64,000 nt of DNA, from positions 160,001 to 224,000 of the forward strand of contig CAXXMD010000003.1 of the NCBI GenBank assembly GCA_963675755.2. The letters are read 5' to 3'. The first letter of the stretch is position 1. The number at the start of each line of letters is the position of its first letter. The DNA is from a bacterium (GTDB lineage: Bacteria; Zhuqueibacterota; Zhuqueibacteria; Residuimicrobiales; Krinioviventaceae). A program made the position numbers and the translations under genes. Shown piece after piece: positions 40,452-50,182 of the stretch. Below the pieces are notes generated by a model that worked only from the letters and a program-made list of their open reading frames with translations, made no database searches and was not told where the DNA came from.

Positions 40452-42707
40452 TCAATAACCAGCCAGAGGAGGCAGAGATTTTTTACTTGTTGCCCATCGT
40501 TTATTTTGTTTTTTTCCCATTTTAAAAACCAGTTCCCCGCCCTGTATTATATCTCTATGCTGAATCCAGGATTTATTCCATTTTTCACCATTCAATGTTA
40601 CAGATTGAATATACTTGTTTTCATCCGAAAAATTTTCAGCCCTGACAATAAATTGTTTACCGCTAAAAAGATTCAGCACTGCTTTATCAACTACCGGTGA
40701 ACCAAACACATAGATACTGTTTGCAGGATTTACAGGATAAAAACCCATTGCGCTGAAAACATACCAGGCAGACATTTGTCCACAATCTTCATTTCCACAT
40801 AGACCTTCCGGTGATTCGTCGTACAATGTTGTTAGAATCTGATGAACGCGTTCCTGAGTTTTCCAGGGTTGGGCCGCATAATTATAGAGATAAGCTATAT
40901 GGTGGCTGGGTTCATTTCCATGTGCATATTGTCCAATCAAACCGGTTATATCTACCGGAGTAACCTCTCCTTTAACAAACTCGTACGAGAAAAACTGGTT
41001 CAATTTTTTTACAAATTTCTTTTTCCCGCCCAACAGATCAATCAGCGAGTATGGATCCTGGGGTACAAACCAGTTATACTGCCATGCGTTACCTTCGGTG
41101 TAATCTCCTCGGTATTTTGAATAATTGGAATCAAAAGGCTCACGCCACTGTCCGTCAGATAATTTTGCCCTAAAAAATCCGGTTTCCGCATCAAAAACAT
41201 TATTATAATTTTTTGATCGTGCAATATAGGTATTATAATCTGTGTCCTTGCCCAACGCTTTAGCCATTTGAGCAATACCCCAGTCATCAAGCGCATATTC
41301 CAGGGTTTTTGACGCAGCTTCATTATCTTTATCGATAGGTACGTAACCCATATCCATATAATATTGCAGTCCGTCATAATCGCCCCATTCGGCACTGGCC
41401 TTGATAGCCTGCCATGCCTTCTCAACATCATAATTACGTATGCCTTTAAAATAAGCATCTACAATTACCGGTACCGAATGATAACCGGTCATGGTCCAGG
41501 CTTCGTTATGATAAATGGACCAAACCGGAAGCACTTTGTAAACGTTTTGATCATAATGAGCAAGCATGCTGTTAATAAAATCATTCACCAAATCCGGTTT
41601 TAATATCGTCATAAGTGGATGATACGCCCGATAAGTGTCCCACAATGAAAAGATGGTATAATTTTCAAAATCCTTTGCCTGGTGAATATTTTGATCGAGC
41701 CCTCTATACTGACCGTCAACATCCTGATGGATTTCCGGGAACAGCATACTATGATATAGAGAGGTATAAAACGTGGTGCGTGTTTTCGGATCTGCATCAA
41801 CATCAATCACACCAAGCTCTTCGTTCCATGCAGTTTCTGCTGCTCTAACTACATTATTAAAATCCCAGCCAGGGATTTCAGCACGTAAATTCTGAATGGC
41901 ACCGGCGGTACTGACACAAGACAAACCGATCTTAACATAAACAACCGGACTTTTAGTTTGTTCAAACGTAAAACTTGCCTTTAGATCCGTTCCGCCTTCC
42001 AACAAAGCATTACCAACGGATTTCCCATCTTTGTAAATAGTAAATTCTTTAACGGGTCTTGAGAATTCAATTGCAAAGTACAACTGACGCATTTTAGACC
42101 AGCCCATAACATGTTTACTGCCGGTAATCAATTGATCGTTTTCCACTCTGACAGAAGAATAGAGCACCTGCCGATCATAGACACCATGTACAAGATCCAA
42201 TAATATTTTAGGAGATACAGATTCCGGAAAGACATATTTATGCAGACCTGAACGTTTGGCTGCTGTTAAAGAGACCTCAATATCATAATCCTGCAAATAA
42301 ACCTGGTAAAATCCGGGTTTTGCAACCTCACGCTCATGCGTAAAGCGGGAACGATAACCTTCATCGGGATTTGATTTTCTACCCGGCTCAAGCTTGGTTT
42401 CGCCAATATAAGGCATTAAAAGGATATCACCCAATCCTCCCTTGCCGGTTCCACTGAGATGGGTGTGGCTGAACCCCATAATTGAACTATCAGAATAATG
42501 ATACCCGGAACACCAGTCCCATTCCCGTATGCCGGTATCAGGACTTAACTTCATCATGCCAAAAGGTACAACCGCTCCGGGGAACGTATGTCCATGCGCG
42601 CTCGTCCCAATCATGGGATCTACAAAATCACAATAATTTTTACTTTCAGGTGCTGCCCACAGTATAGTTGAAAAGAAAAATATACAGCACAAAAGTCTAT
42701 ATTTCAC
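40452..42707 (-). CDS. GH92 alpha-mannosidase, secreted
   Basis: GHTFPGAVVPFGM..LSPDT, GFSHTHLSGTG, FSLWDTYR, YTEGNAWQY, HGNEPSHH and GNEDCGQMSAW motifs. Catalytic motifs look intact. Confidence 0.95.
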   Translation of the reverse strand: MKYRLLCCIFFFSTILWAAPESKNYCDFVDPMIGTSAHGHTFPGAVVPFGMMKLSPDTGIREWDWCSGYHYSDSSIMGFSHTHLSGTGKGGLGDILLMPYIGETKLEPGRKSNPDEGYRSRFTHEREVAKPGFYQVYLQDYDIEVSLTAAKRSGLHKYVFPESVSPKILLDLVHGVYDRQVLYSSVRVENDQLITGSKHVMGWSKMRQLYFAIEFSRPVKEFTIYKDGKSVGNALLEGGTDLKASFTFEQTKSPVVYVKIGLSCVSTAGAIQNLRAEIPGWDFNNVVRAAETAWNEELGVIDVDADPKTRTTFYTSLYHSMLFPEIHQDVDGQYRGLDQNIHQAKDFENYTIFSLWDTYRAYHPLMTILKPDLVNDFINSMLAHYDQNVYKVLPVWSIYHNEAWTMTGYHSVPVIVDAYFKGIRNYDVEKAWQAIKASAEWGDYDGLQYYMDMGYVPIDKDNEAASKTLEYALDDWGIAQMAKALGKDTDYNTYIARSKNYNNVFDAETGFFRAKLSDGQWREPFDSNYSKYRGDYTEGNAWQYNWFVPQDPYSLIDLLGGKKKFVKKLNQFFSYEFVKGEVTPVDITGLIGQYAHGNEPSHHIAYLYNYAAQPWKTQERVHQILTTLYDESPEGLCGNEDCGQMSAWYVFSAMGFYPVNPANSIYVFGSPVVDKAVLNLFSGKQFIVRAENFSDENKYIQSVTLNGEKWNKSWIQHRDIIQGGELVFKMGKKQNKRWATSKKSLPPLAGY

Positions 42708-44457
42708 GGGTGGGTCCTTCCTTTTTCAGCTCTTTTTTAATTGCTTTACCCAGAGTTTCAATTAAATACGGCTTACGAATATAGGGCCCTGCTCCTAATT
42801 GCTGGGCTTTAATGACACGTTCAGTTTCTGCGTATCCGCTGGTGATGATTGCTTTTTGATCGGGATTAATTTGCAGCAACCTCTCATAGGTTTCCAATCC
42901 GTCAATTCCAGGTTCCATTATCATATCCAGCACAAACAAATCAATAGCATGCTCTTTTAAATAGGCTACAGCTTCTTCCCCGCTCGGCACGGTCACTACC
43001 CTGTAATTCAACTTTTGCAGAATTGTAGATGCAATCTCTCGTTGTTTTTCAAGATCGTCAACAACCATAATCAACTCACCATTCCCCATAATCTTGGCCA
43101 GCTTGTTTTCAGGTGTGTCCGGTTGATTTTCAAAATGGGTAGCAGGGAAAAACAATTCAAAAGCCGTCTCTTTGTTCCCCAAATTAGAAACATCAATATA
43201 ACCGGTATGATCTTTAATAACACCCCAAACAACAGCCATTCCCAGTCCTGAACCTCCCAGGCCCATAACTTTTTTGGTATAAAAAGGTTCAAATATTCTC
43301 TTTAGATTCTCATCACTCAGTTCCAGATTATCACTTTTCACCCGGATTACAACATAATCACCCTCGGGGATACGTTCATACCCGATAAATGCATGGTCAA
43401 CATGTTTATTTACGGTTGAAATCTTGACAGTTCCCCCATTGCCCATACACTCGTATACAAAAGTCAGCAAATTACCAATCACTTTATTCACGTGTGAGGG
43501 AGAACATTTCACAGACAATATTTTGTTCACCAGTTTATTGATCAAATTTATATTTGAATAATACATCTCAAGCTTTTCGTGCTCCAGAGAATTTAAATAC
43601 TCTTCAATAATGGTATTCAAATTAAACACAGCAGGCATAACCAAACCACGACGCGCGAGCATGAGCAAGTCCTGTACAATTGATGCCGCTTTTAATCCGG
43701 CCTCTTGAATACTCATGATCGGTCTTTTCAGATTGCTGTCCTCTGGTAATTCCATCAATACCAGATCCGGATAACTTACAATGCCCGTCAATATATTGTT
43801 CAGATCATGCGCTACCCCACCAGCCAGGGTTCCAATTGCTTCCATCTTTTCAGAACGGGCAAGTTTTTCTTTCAACGTATCCCGCTCCTGCTCTGCCCGG
43901 TAAATGTCAGAAGTATCCAAAGCAAACCCAATAATACCAACTACATTTCCATCCATATCTTTATAGGGCACTTTACTTACAAGTAGATGTCTTTCACCGC
44001 GCGATGTATTTACAAAAACTGTCTGGTTCAACACCGGTATTTTCTTTTCTAAAACAATTTTATCACTCGCAAAAAAAGAATCTGCGTCAGAGGGAAACAA
44101 GTCGGCATGTGTCTTGCCGATATAGTCCTGCACTACTCCACCAAAAGTTTCTGCAAAACCCTTGTTCAATCTGATATATTTTTCATTAACGTCTTTGTAA
44201 AATATCATACCCGGGGAAGCGTCTACCATGATTTCCAATTGCTCATTTTTCATCTTGAGAACATTTTGCAGCTGTGCCAGCTGTTCAGTCCGCTCTTCAA
44301 CATTTTTTTCCATATTGGAATAAAGATCAAAATATTTAGAAATCGAGTCTTCATTTTCTTTTCGCGTTAATTCCAGGTCATTGGACAAATGCTTAACTCG
44401 GGTTTCAAGCATTTTGATTTTGGTTTCCAATTCCTCAATATGTTTTGAATCAGACAT
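42697..44457 (-). CDS. Cytoplasmic PAS hybrid histidine kinase/receiver with a degenerate ATP-binding site
   Basis: H-box AGGVAHDLNNIL, F-box IFEPFYTKK, G2 GSGLG and REC are intact. N-box reads NLLTFVYECM and G1 reads VKSDNLEL. Confidence 0.85.
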   Translation of the reverse strand: MSDSKHIEELETKIKMLETRVKHLSNDLELTRKENEDSISKYFDLYSNMEKNVEERTEQLAQLQNVLKMKNEQLEIMVDASPGMIFYKDVNEKYIRLNKGFAETFGGVVQDYIGKTHADLFPSDADSFFASDKIVLEKKIPVLNQTVFVNTSRGERHLLVSKVPYKDMDGNVVGIIGFALDTSDIYRAEQERDTLKEKLARSEKMEAIGTLAGGVAHDLNNILTGIVSYPDLVLMELPEDSNLKRPIMSIQEAGLKAASIVQDLLMLARRGLVMPAVFNLNTIIEEYLNSLEHEKLEMYYSNINLINKLVNKILSVKCSPSHVNKVIGNLLTFVYECMGNGGTVKISTVNKHVDHAFIGYERIPEGDYVVIRVKSDNLELSDENLKRIFEPFYTKKVMGLGGSGLGMAVVWGVIKDHTGYIDVSNLGNKETAFELFFPATHFENQPDTPENKLAKIMGNGELIMVVDDLEKQREIASTILQKLNYRVVTVPSGEEAVAYLKEHAIDLFVLDMIMEPGIDGLETYERLLQINPDQKAIITSGYAETERVIKAQQLGAGPYIRKPYLIETLGKAIKKELKKEGPTREI

Positions 44458-45338
44458 TAAAATACTCCCTGTATTTCCATTGCGCGCAATTCTTTTTTCA
44501 TATCGCTGATGATATAATCAAATGCATAAGGCCCAATATCCATAGCCTTGCTGCATTGACGAAACAAATCATCATCAACTTTGGGGGCGTCACAATATCC
44601 TACCCTGTTGTCCTGCCCTAAATAATCCGCTAAATATAATGTGTAAACCATTCGCTGCATATATGCCTGCTGCACAAGCAATGGCTGATGATGGAATCCT
44701 ATTGCGGCGACAAGCTCTTCCGGTAGCTGCCAGTTCCTGGTTATGGCCATGCCCACTTCGGCATGATTAATTCCCAGAATCTCATTTTCAACTTTGATGA
44801 GATTGATCTTTTCCTGTTCTGACTTTATCAGGCATTTTTGAAAATCATTCTGCATAAACTGATCAATGGCAATAATACCAATATTTCTCAATAATCCCGC
44901 CGCGTAAATATCGTCACCTTTTTCTCCAAATTCTCGTCTGTAAATCATTTTACCTAGTATAGCAACCCCTACGCTATTTTTCCATAATTTGTAGCGGGAA
45001 TAACCTTTAATGGATTCATCCTTGTCAAATATCTCGCACACTTTTTGGTTCAACGCTAGTTCTTTAACAGCATCATACCCCACCCATATCACTGCATGCT
45101 CTACATCACTTATTTTGGTACGCCTGGCATAATGCGCAGAATTTGCAAGTTTAAGCACTTTGGCAGTCAGGGGTGGATCAATCTGTATAATCTCTTTGAG
45201 TTCTTTGGCTGTGGATGCCGAATCACTGATCGTTTTAATAATATTTGAAACAACACTCTTGATTGATGAAATATCTGATTCATTGACCAGATTTACAATC
45301 TCGTTCAGCTTTTCCTGCTTGACTTCTGATACTTCCAT
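44457..45338 (-). CDS. HDOD-domain protein
   Basis: DPPLTAKVLKLANSA, I.DV.HAV..VG, G.NHAEVG....WQLP..L..AI..HH motifs. The HD position reads RN. TAATG overlap with the kinase. Confidence 0.9.
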   Translation of the reverse strand: MEVSEVKQEKLNEIVNLVNESDISSIKSVVSNIIKTISDSASTAKELKEIIQIDPPLTAKVLKLANSAHYARRTKISDVEHAVIWVGYDAVKELALNQKVCEIFDKDESIKGYSRYKLWKNSVGVAILGKMIYRREFGEKGDDIYAAGLLRNIGIIAIDQFMQNDFQKCLIKSEQEKINLIKVENEILGINHAEVGMAITRNWQLPEELVAAIGFHHQPLLVQQAYMQRMVYTLYLADYLGQDNRVGYCDAPKVDDDLFRQCSKAMDIGPYAFDYIISDMKKELRAMEIQGVF

Positions 45339-45368
45339 ATAATATAACCTGCCTGCTTTTTAAAAAAT

Positions 45369-46739
45369 TTAACGTTTCATCAATTTGTCAATCAATTCCT
45401 GATTCTCATTACGAGCTTTAATATCCTCTAAAAAACGATCTGCTTCTTTAATAAGAGATTGAACGATCTCGGGTTTCTCATTGTATAAATCATATTTTTC
45501 AGATGGATCGACTAATAAATCATATAATTCATAAGGATCACATTCCTGCCACGAATAATCGCCCGGACTTTTACGAAAATGGAGTTTATATCGTCCTACC
45601 CGTATGGCGTTCAATTGATCGTTATAATAGTAATAAATTTTCTCTGTTTCAGAATTGGCGGATCCAACCAGTACGTCCATCATGTCACGTCCATCTATAA
45701 TCCTGTCTGCAGGAGTCTCAAGCCCTGCCAGCTTTAAACAGGTTGCAAACAGGTCCATGGTTGTACCCATTTCAGTCGTTACCTTTCCTTTAGGAATACG
45801 TGGTGGATATTTGGCAATAAAAGGAACCCGCATACCTCCCTCCCAGGTGGTTGCCTTGTATCCCCGCAGCAATCCTGAACTGCCGCCATTCTGTTTCTGA
45901 ATCATCCAGGGGCCATTATCACTGGTAAAAACAACAAACGTATTGTCTTCAAGCCCGTTACGTTTCAACGCATCCATTACCTGGCCAACACTCCAGTCAA
46001 TTTCCTCTATCACGTCTCCGTACAATCCGCGTTTTGAAGTATCTCTAAAATCATCCGATACATGCAGTGGTATGTGCGGCATGGAATGGGCAAGATATAA
46101 AAAGAAAGGTTTTTCTTTAGCTCTCTCTATAAATTCTATGGATTCCCTTGTATAATTCTTTGTCAGCAGATCCTGATTTGCAGGTTGTTCGATAATTTCT
46201 TCATTGCGCATAATGGGAATGGGTGGATCACCCCGCCGTTCAGAATTCATATCATTACTGTATGGAATGCCATAATAATAATCAAAACCCCTACTGGTGG
46301 GCAGATATTCTTTATGGTGGCCCAAATGCCATTTACCAACACAAGCTGTAGCATATCCTTTTTGTTTTAACAGATCTGCTAATGTAATCTCTGATTGGGG
46401 CAGACCAATATCATGATACGGAAAGAACACTTTGACCACCCCTGTTCGAATGGGCCATCTTCCGGTTAACAAGGCAGCGCGTGAAGGAGAACATACAGGA
46501 TTCGCAGTATAAAACTGGGTCATAATTACCCCGTCATCTGCCAATCGGTCAAGATTCGGAGTTTTAATTGTTGGATGCCCTGTTCGGGTAGTATCGCCAT
46601 AACCCATATCATCTACAAAAATGACAACTATATTGGGTAATGTGTTTTTACTCTTTGTACATCCTGCGGTAAACTGCCCCAAACATAAAGCACCCATGCC
46701 CACAGAAATATTTTTTAAAAACTGACGGCGATTTTCCAT
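45369..46739 (-). CDS. Formylglycine-dependent sulfatase (S1), Tat-exported, possibly a lipoprotein
   Basis: Tat motif RRQFLK, TAGC, PNIVVIFVDDMGYGD, CSPSRAALLTGR, GKWHLG and SDNG. Confidence 0.95.
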   Translation of the reverse strand: MENRRQFLKNISVGMGALCLGQFTAGCTKSKNTLPNIVVIFVDDMGYGDTTRTGHPTIKTPNLDRLADDGVIMTQFYTANPVCSPSRAALLTGRWPIRTGVVKVFFPYHDIGLPQSEITLADLLKQKGYATACVGKWHLGHHKEYLPTSRGFDYYYGIPYSNDMNSERRGDPPIPIMRNEEIIEQPANQDLLTKNYTRESIEFIERAKEKPFFLYLAHSMPHIPLHVSDDFRDTSKRGLYGDVIEEIDWSVGQVMDALKRNGLEDNTFVVFTSDNGPWMIQKQNGGSSGLLRGYKATTWEGGMRVPFIAKYPPRIPKGKVTTEMGTTMDLFATCLKLAGLETPADRIIDGRDMMDVLVGSANSETEKIYYYYNDQLNAIRVGRYKLHFRKSPGDYSWQECDPYELYDLLVDPSEKYDLYNEKPEIVQSLIKEADRFLEDIKARNENQELIDKLMKR

Positions 46740-46791
46740 AATATCCTCAATAATTCCATTAAATCAGTATGCAATAACAATTCCAGAATCG

Positions 46792-48018
46792 CTATTGCAA
46801 CAAAACCTGATCCATATGAACTGCTTTAATATGATATAATCGGCGTAATAGTTCAATACAGGCCCTGCCATTATTGAAAGGACCTTTCCAGGGAGAGACT
46901 TTGGGAGATGTTTGTATTGGCTCAAGACCACGGGTAACTTTCCAATGCCATTCTTTGTTAACCGTATCAATCAAATTTTTCTCAATAAATAACCAGCTAT
47001 TGACCGAAGCTTCATAATAACGTCTATCCTGTGAGATCATAAAAGCATTTAAAAAACCAACAGCAGCTTCGGCCTGGGGCCACCAATGTTTATCAAAATC
47101 TGTAATTTCTTTTTGGGTTGCCTGATAAAACAATCCATTGTCTAAATCCGTACCTTCTTCCAGTGTTGTATCAGCAATATTTAAAGCAAGCTGTTCAACC
47201 TGCTCAATAACATCTTTGTTGCCCAGAACCTGTGCTGCTTCGCACAAAATCCAGGAGCTTTCCATATCCAAACCAAAAGATATCTGATTTGAAGTCTCAT
47301 TCCAACTTTTATTAAAATATAATCTAAAATGCATAGAATCTGCGTTGATAATCTTTTCTAAAAAAAGCTCTATCAATTCTTTTAATCTGTAAAACAAATT
47401 CCCGTCTTTCCATATTCTGCACAAACTGGTAAACGCCCCAAGGATATATAAATGTGTCAACAATGAACGATTCGCCAGTTTGCTATTTTCACCGGATCTG
47501 GAAGCATTCAAAGGCGTCCAGTCTCTTTTAAATGCTTCACTATACCCCAAATTTTCATCATCATGACTTTTTTCTTCCATTAAATCAAAAAGATTAGTTG
47601 CATACTGTAAAACATTCATATCCTGAGTGACTTTATAATGTTCAACAAGAGCAGAAATTAAAAAAGCCTGACCATATATTTCTTTTTGTGTGTCTATCAC
47701 TTTACCTTCAGCATTTAACTGCCAGTAAGCACCACCATATTTTACATCAAGGAAATGTTCAACAATATAATCAAAGGATTGTTGAGCAAACGGCAGGTAA
47801 ATATCACGTTTTTCATACAGACAAATACTGGAAAAAACCCAAAGCAACTGAGCATTTAACACCAGTGACTTGGGGGCCTGATAAATAGGGAATCCATCGA
47901 ATGTCACCTTGCCTACAAAACCACCATTTTGAGTATCAATCGCGACAGTTCTCCAAAATGGTAAAATATTCTCAAACAAGTTTTTGTAAACCCGATGTGA
48001 GAATTCTTTAATTTCCAT
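46792..48018 (-). CDS. AGE-family (cellobiose/mannobiose 2-epimerase-like) protein lacking the catalytic residues
   Basis: Fold motifs NILPFW...D..NGGF.G, YGQAF.I.AL.E and K.WWPQAEA.VG are present. Catalytic motifs are altered (see findings). Confidence 0.85.
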   Translation of the reverse strand: MEIKEFSHRVYKNLFENILPFWRTVAIDTQNGGFVGKVTFDGFPIYQAPKSLVLNAQLLWVFSSICLYEKRDIYLPFAQQSFDYIVEHFLDVKYGGAYWQLNAEGKVIDTQKEIYGQAFLISALVEHYKVTQDMNVLQYATNLFDLMEEKSHDDENLGYSEAFKRDWTPLNASRSGENSKLANRSLLTHLYILGAFTSLCRIWKDGNLFYRLKELIELFLEKIINADSMHFRLYFNKSWNETSNQISFGLDMESSWILCEAAQVLGNKDVIEQVEQLALNIADTTLEEGTDLDNGLFYQATQKEITDFDKHWWPQAEAAVGFLNAFMISQDRRYYEASVNSWLFIEKNLIDTVNKEWHWKVTRGLEPIQTSPKVSPWKGPFNNGRACIELLRRLYHIKAVHMDQVLLQ

Positions 48019-49819
48019 ACTCTACTTCCACTCTTGAAAAATCAGTTATTCCATTGCATTGAATTTTTAAAAATCTTGAATATACCGGAAACCTGTCAGC
48101 CTCATACAACTGTGCAGATGGTTGTTTATTACTAAAACCAGGAAAACTATAGTTTGACCTCTTTAATTGCAAGGGGATATATTGCTTTCCGTTTTGAGAA
48201 ACCCAAAAGTTTGGATCAAATACCGAATCCGGAAAACAAGTCAACAAGTTTATCGATTTCATCTGGCCTGGTAAATGGTATTCAAGGACCGTTCCCGTAT
48301 CTGCTCTTAGACAATGTTCATCAGGAATTTCTGTATCACATTGATTCGATAACAGATTAAAAGGTCCATCATTTAATAAAACTTTATCGTTTGTATTAAA
48401 ATGATCAATAAATGTATAAAAATCAACCTTTTTCGACAAAACAGGCGCAGAGGGAGCAGAGCGGCCAGTCTGATTTGCTGCAATTACTCTGTAATAATAA
48501 CGCTTGCCGACTTTAACGGTTGTATCATGATAAAGGGAATCAAAATAATTACTTGTATCTGCAATTTGTGCAATGGATTGCCATCGACCAGTTAGACCAT
48601 TTGCACGCTCCAGAATATAATACTCTGCTCCTGCTGATCCCTGCCAGTTAATAGCAGATACATTTGTTACTGGTAACATTTGTGGAATTCCGGGTGAATG
48701 GATATTTTGCTCAATTATATCATTTATTTGACAGTTGTAATTTATTATTATTCCGGGAATTGAAAATTCATCCTGGTTTTCATTCGATAAATTACCAGTC
48801 CAGCAGAATGAGCCACTAAATATTGAATCTGATCTACAATAACGATAAAATCCGCCATCTCTGCTGTGAATATTTAAATTAGAAATCAAAGCGCCACTGG
48901 CATTCATCGCAATAGACTGATCCATTAATTTCATAAAGTTTGTGTTGCAGGAATTCCCATGATAAATCAAATACCATGGTTTTGCAAAATCAGTGCTATC
49001 CATTATGGATTTTACAATAGCTGTTTTTTTTAAAATCGAATCACAATCCATATTTACAGTAAAAATATCAATATTCGGCTCAGAAAATACAGCAGATTCT
49101 ATATCAAAATCAAATGAACCCGAGGCCAGTAGATGATAGGGATCCATCTTTTTGATAAATCCGGACATTAACCGAATCCACTCATCAGGAGCTTTAATAT
49201 CAGAACAGAGTTCCCATGCTAAAATGGCTTTGTCTTTATTGTATTTTTTACCGGTATAAATATTTCTTCTATTCAGCAGGTAACGAATGGTTTGCTGGAA
49301 ATCATGAATAATCTGTTGATCACTCCAAAATGCATCTACCGACTTTTCCCGAAAGCTTGCATACTCTGCAATTCCTCCCCAACCTGAATCGTTTCCTGCC
49401 AGGGGTATAATGAGTCGAATTCCCATCTTGTTGGCATAATACAAGACCTTGTCCAAAGTTTGAAAGGCAGTCTCATTAAAAATTCCGGGGGATTCAACAT
49501 GTACGGGTTTTTCATTGGGATCATGAATGGTTCTAACAGTTAACGGATTCAATCTGATAACATCAACACCCATTTGTTTAACGCTATTCAATGCATCCAG
49601 AATCTCAAAATTGTCCGGGAACCGCCATGGCAATTCCGCACCATAGCGATAATGGTTATCAATGTAATGCAAATTCGGCACAGTAAACGACACAAAACGG
49701 ATTTCTTTATCACCCAAATATAACCTGCCGCTATCTGCACTTGTAAATGTGTGGATTAGTGTGTCCGCAAACAAGATCGAAGGTATGATTAAGCATAAAA
49801 AACCGCATTTTATCTTCAT
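48008..49819 (-). CDS. Secreted GH5 beta-mannanase-like protein plus FN3, lacking the catalytic glutamates
   Basis: PNLH, FNE.AF..LDKVL..AN..GIRLIIP, NR.N.YTG..Y..DKAILAWE and WQGSAGA..Y..ERA motifs. The NE and GEFG motifs are replaced. Confidence 0.8.
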   Translation of the reverse strand: MKIKCGFLCLIIPSILFADTLIHTFTSADSGRLYLGDKEIRFVSFTVPNLHYIDNHYRYGAELPWRFPDNFEILDALNSVKQMGVDVIRLNPLTVRTIHDPNEKPVHVESPGIFNETAFQTLDKVLYYANKMGIRLIIPLAGNDSGWGGIAEYASFREKSVDAFWSDQQIIHDFQQTIRYLLNRRNIYTGKKYNKDKAILAWELCSDIKAPDEWIRLMSGFIKKMDPYHLLASGSFDFDIESAVFSEPNIDIFTVNMDCDSILKKTAIVKSIMDSTDFAKPWYLIYHGNSCNTNFMKLMDQSIAMNASGALISNLNIHSRDGGFYRYCRSDSIFSGSFCWTGNLSNENQDEFSIPGIIINYNCQINDIIEQNIHSPGIPQMLPVTNVSAINWQGSAGAEYYILERANGLTGRWQSIAQIADTSNYFDSLYHDTTVKVGKRYYYRVIAANQTGRSAPSAPVLSKKVDFYTFIDHFNTNDKVLLNDGPFNLLSNQCDTEIPDEHCLRADTGTVLEYHLPGQMKSINLLTCFPDSVFDPNFWVSQNGKQYIPLQLKRSNYSFPGFSNKQPSAQLYEADRFPVYSRFLKIQCNGITDFSRVEVEYGN

Positions 49820-50182
49820 GGTACTCTCTAAGAATAGGAAGTTTAATGTATACCTATTTGTTATAATATAAAGCGCAACAAAGAATAATGATAGAGCGTG
49901 CTCTCATAAATCCATGCGGAAAATAAAATAAATCAATCAAACTAAACTTGTAAAACATTGAATATATAACAATTAAATTCAAGGTACGAAACAAGCTAAT
50001 ATAATTCAAGAATTTATACAAATATTATCTAAAAGTTGAGTTGCATCACTTTACAGCTTGAAAAAACAATGTATTTTTCAAAAAAACAATTGACTAACAT
50101 AATTAATTTTAATAACTTTATAATTATGGGGTCAAAACTCTAAAAAACATTAACATACAATAAAATAAAATTGGAGGGTAAA

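Noticed and set aside
49820-50170. Long AT-rich intergenic region as a possible ncRNA or origin
   Set aside because: Consistent with a divergent promoter region. I saw no tRNA fold, DnaA-box cluster or stable structure.
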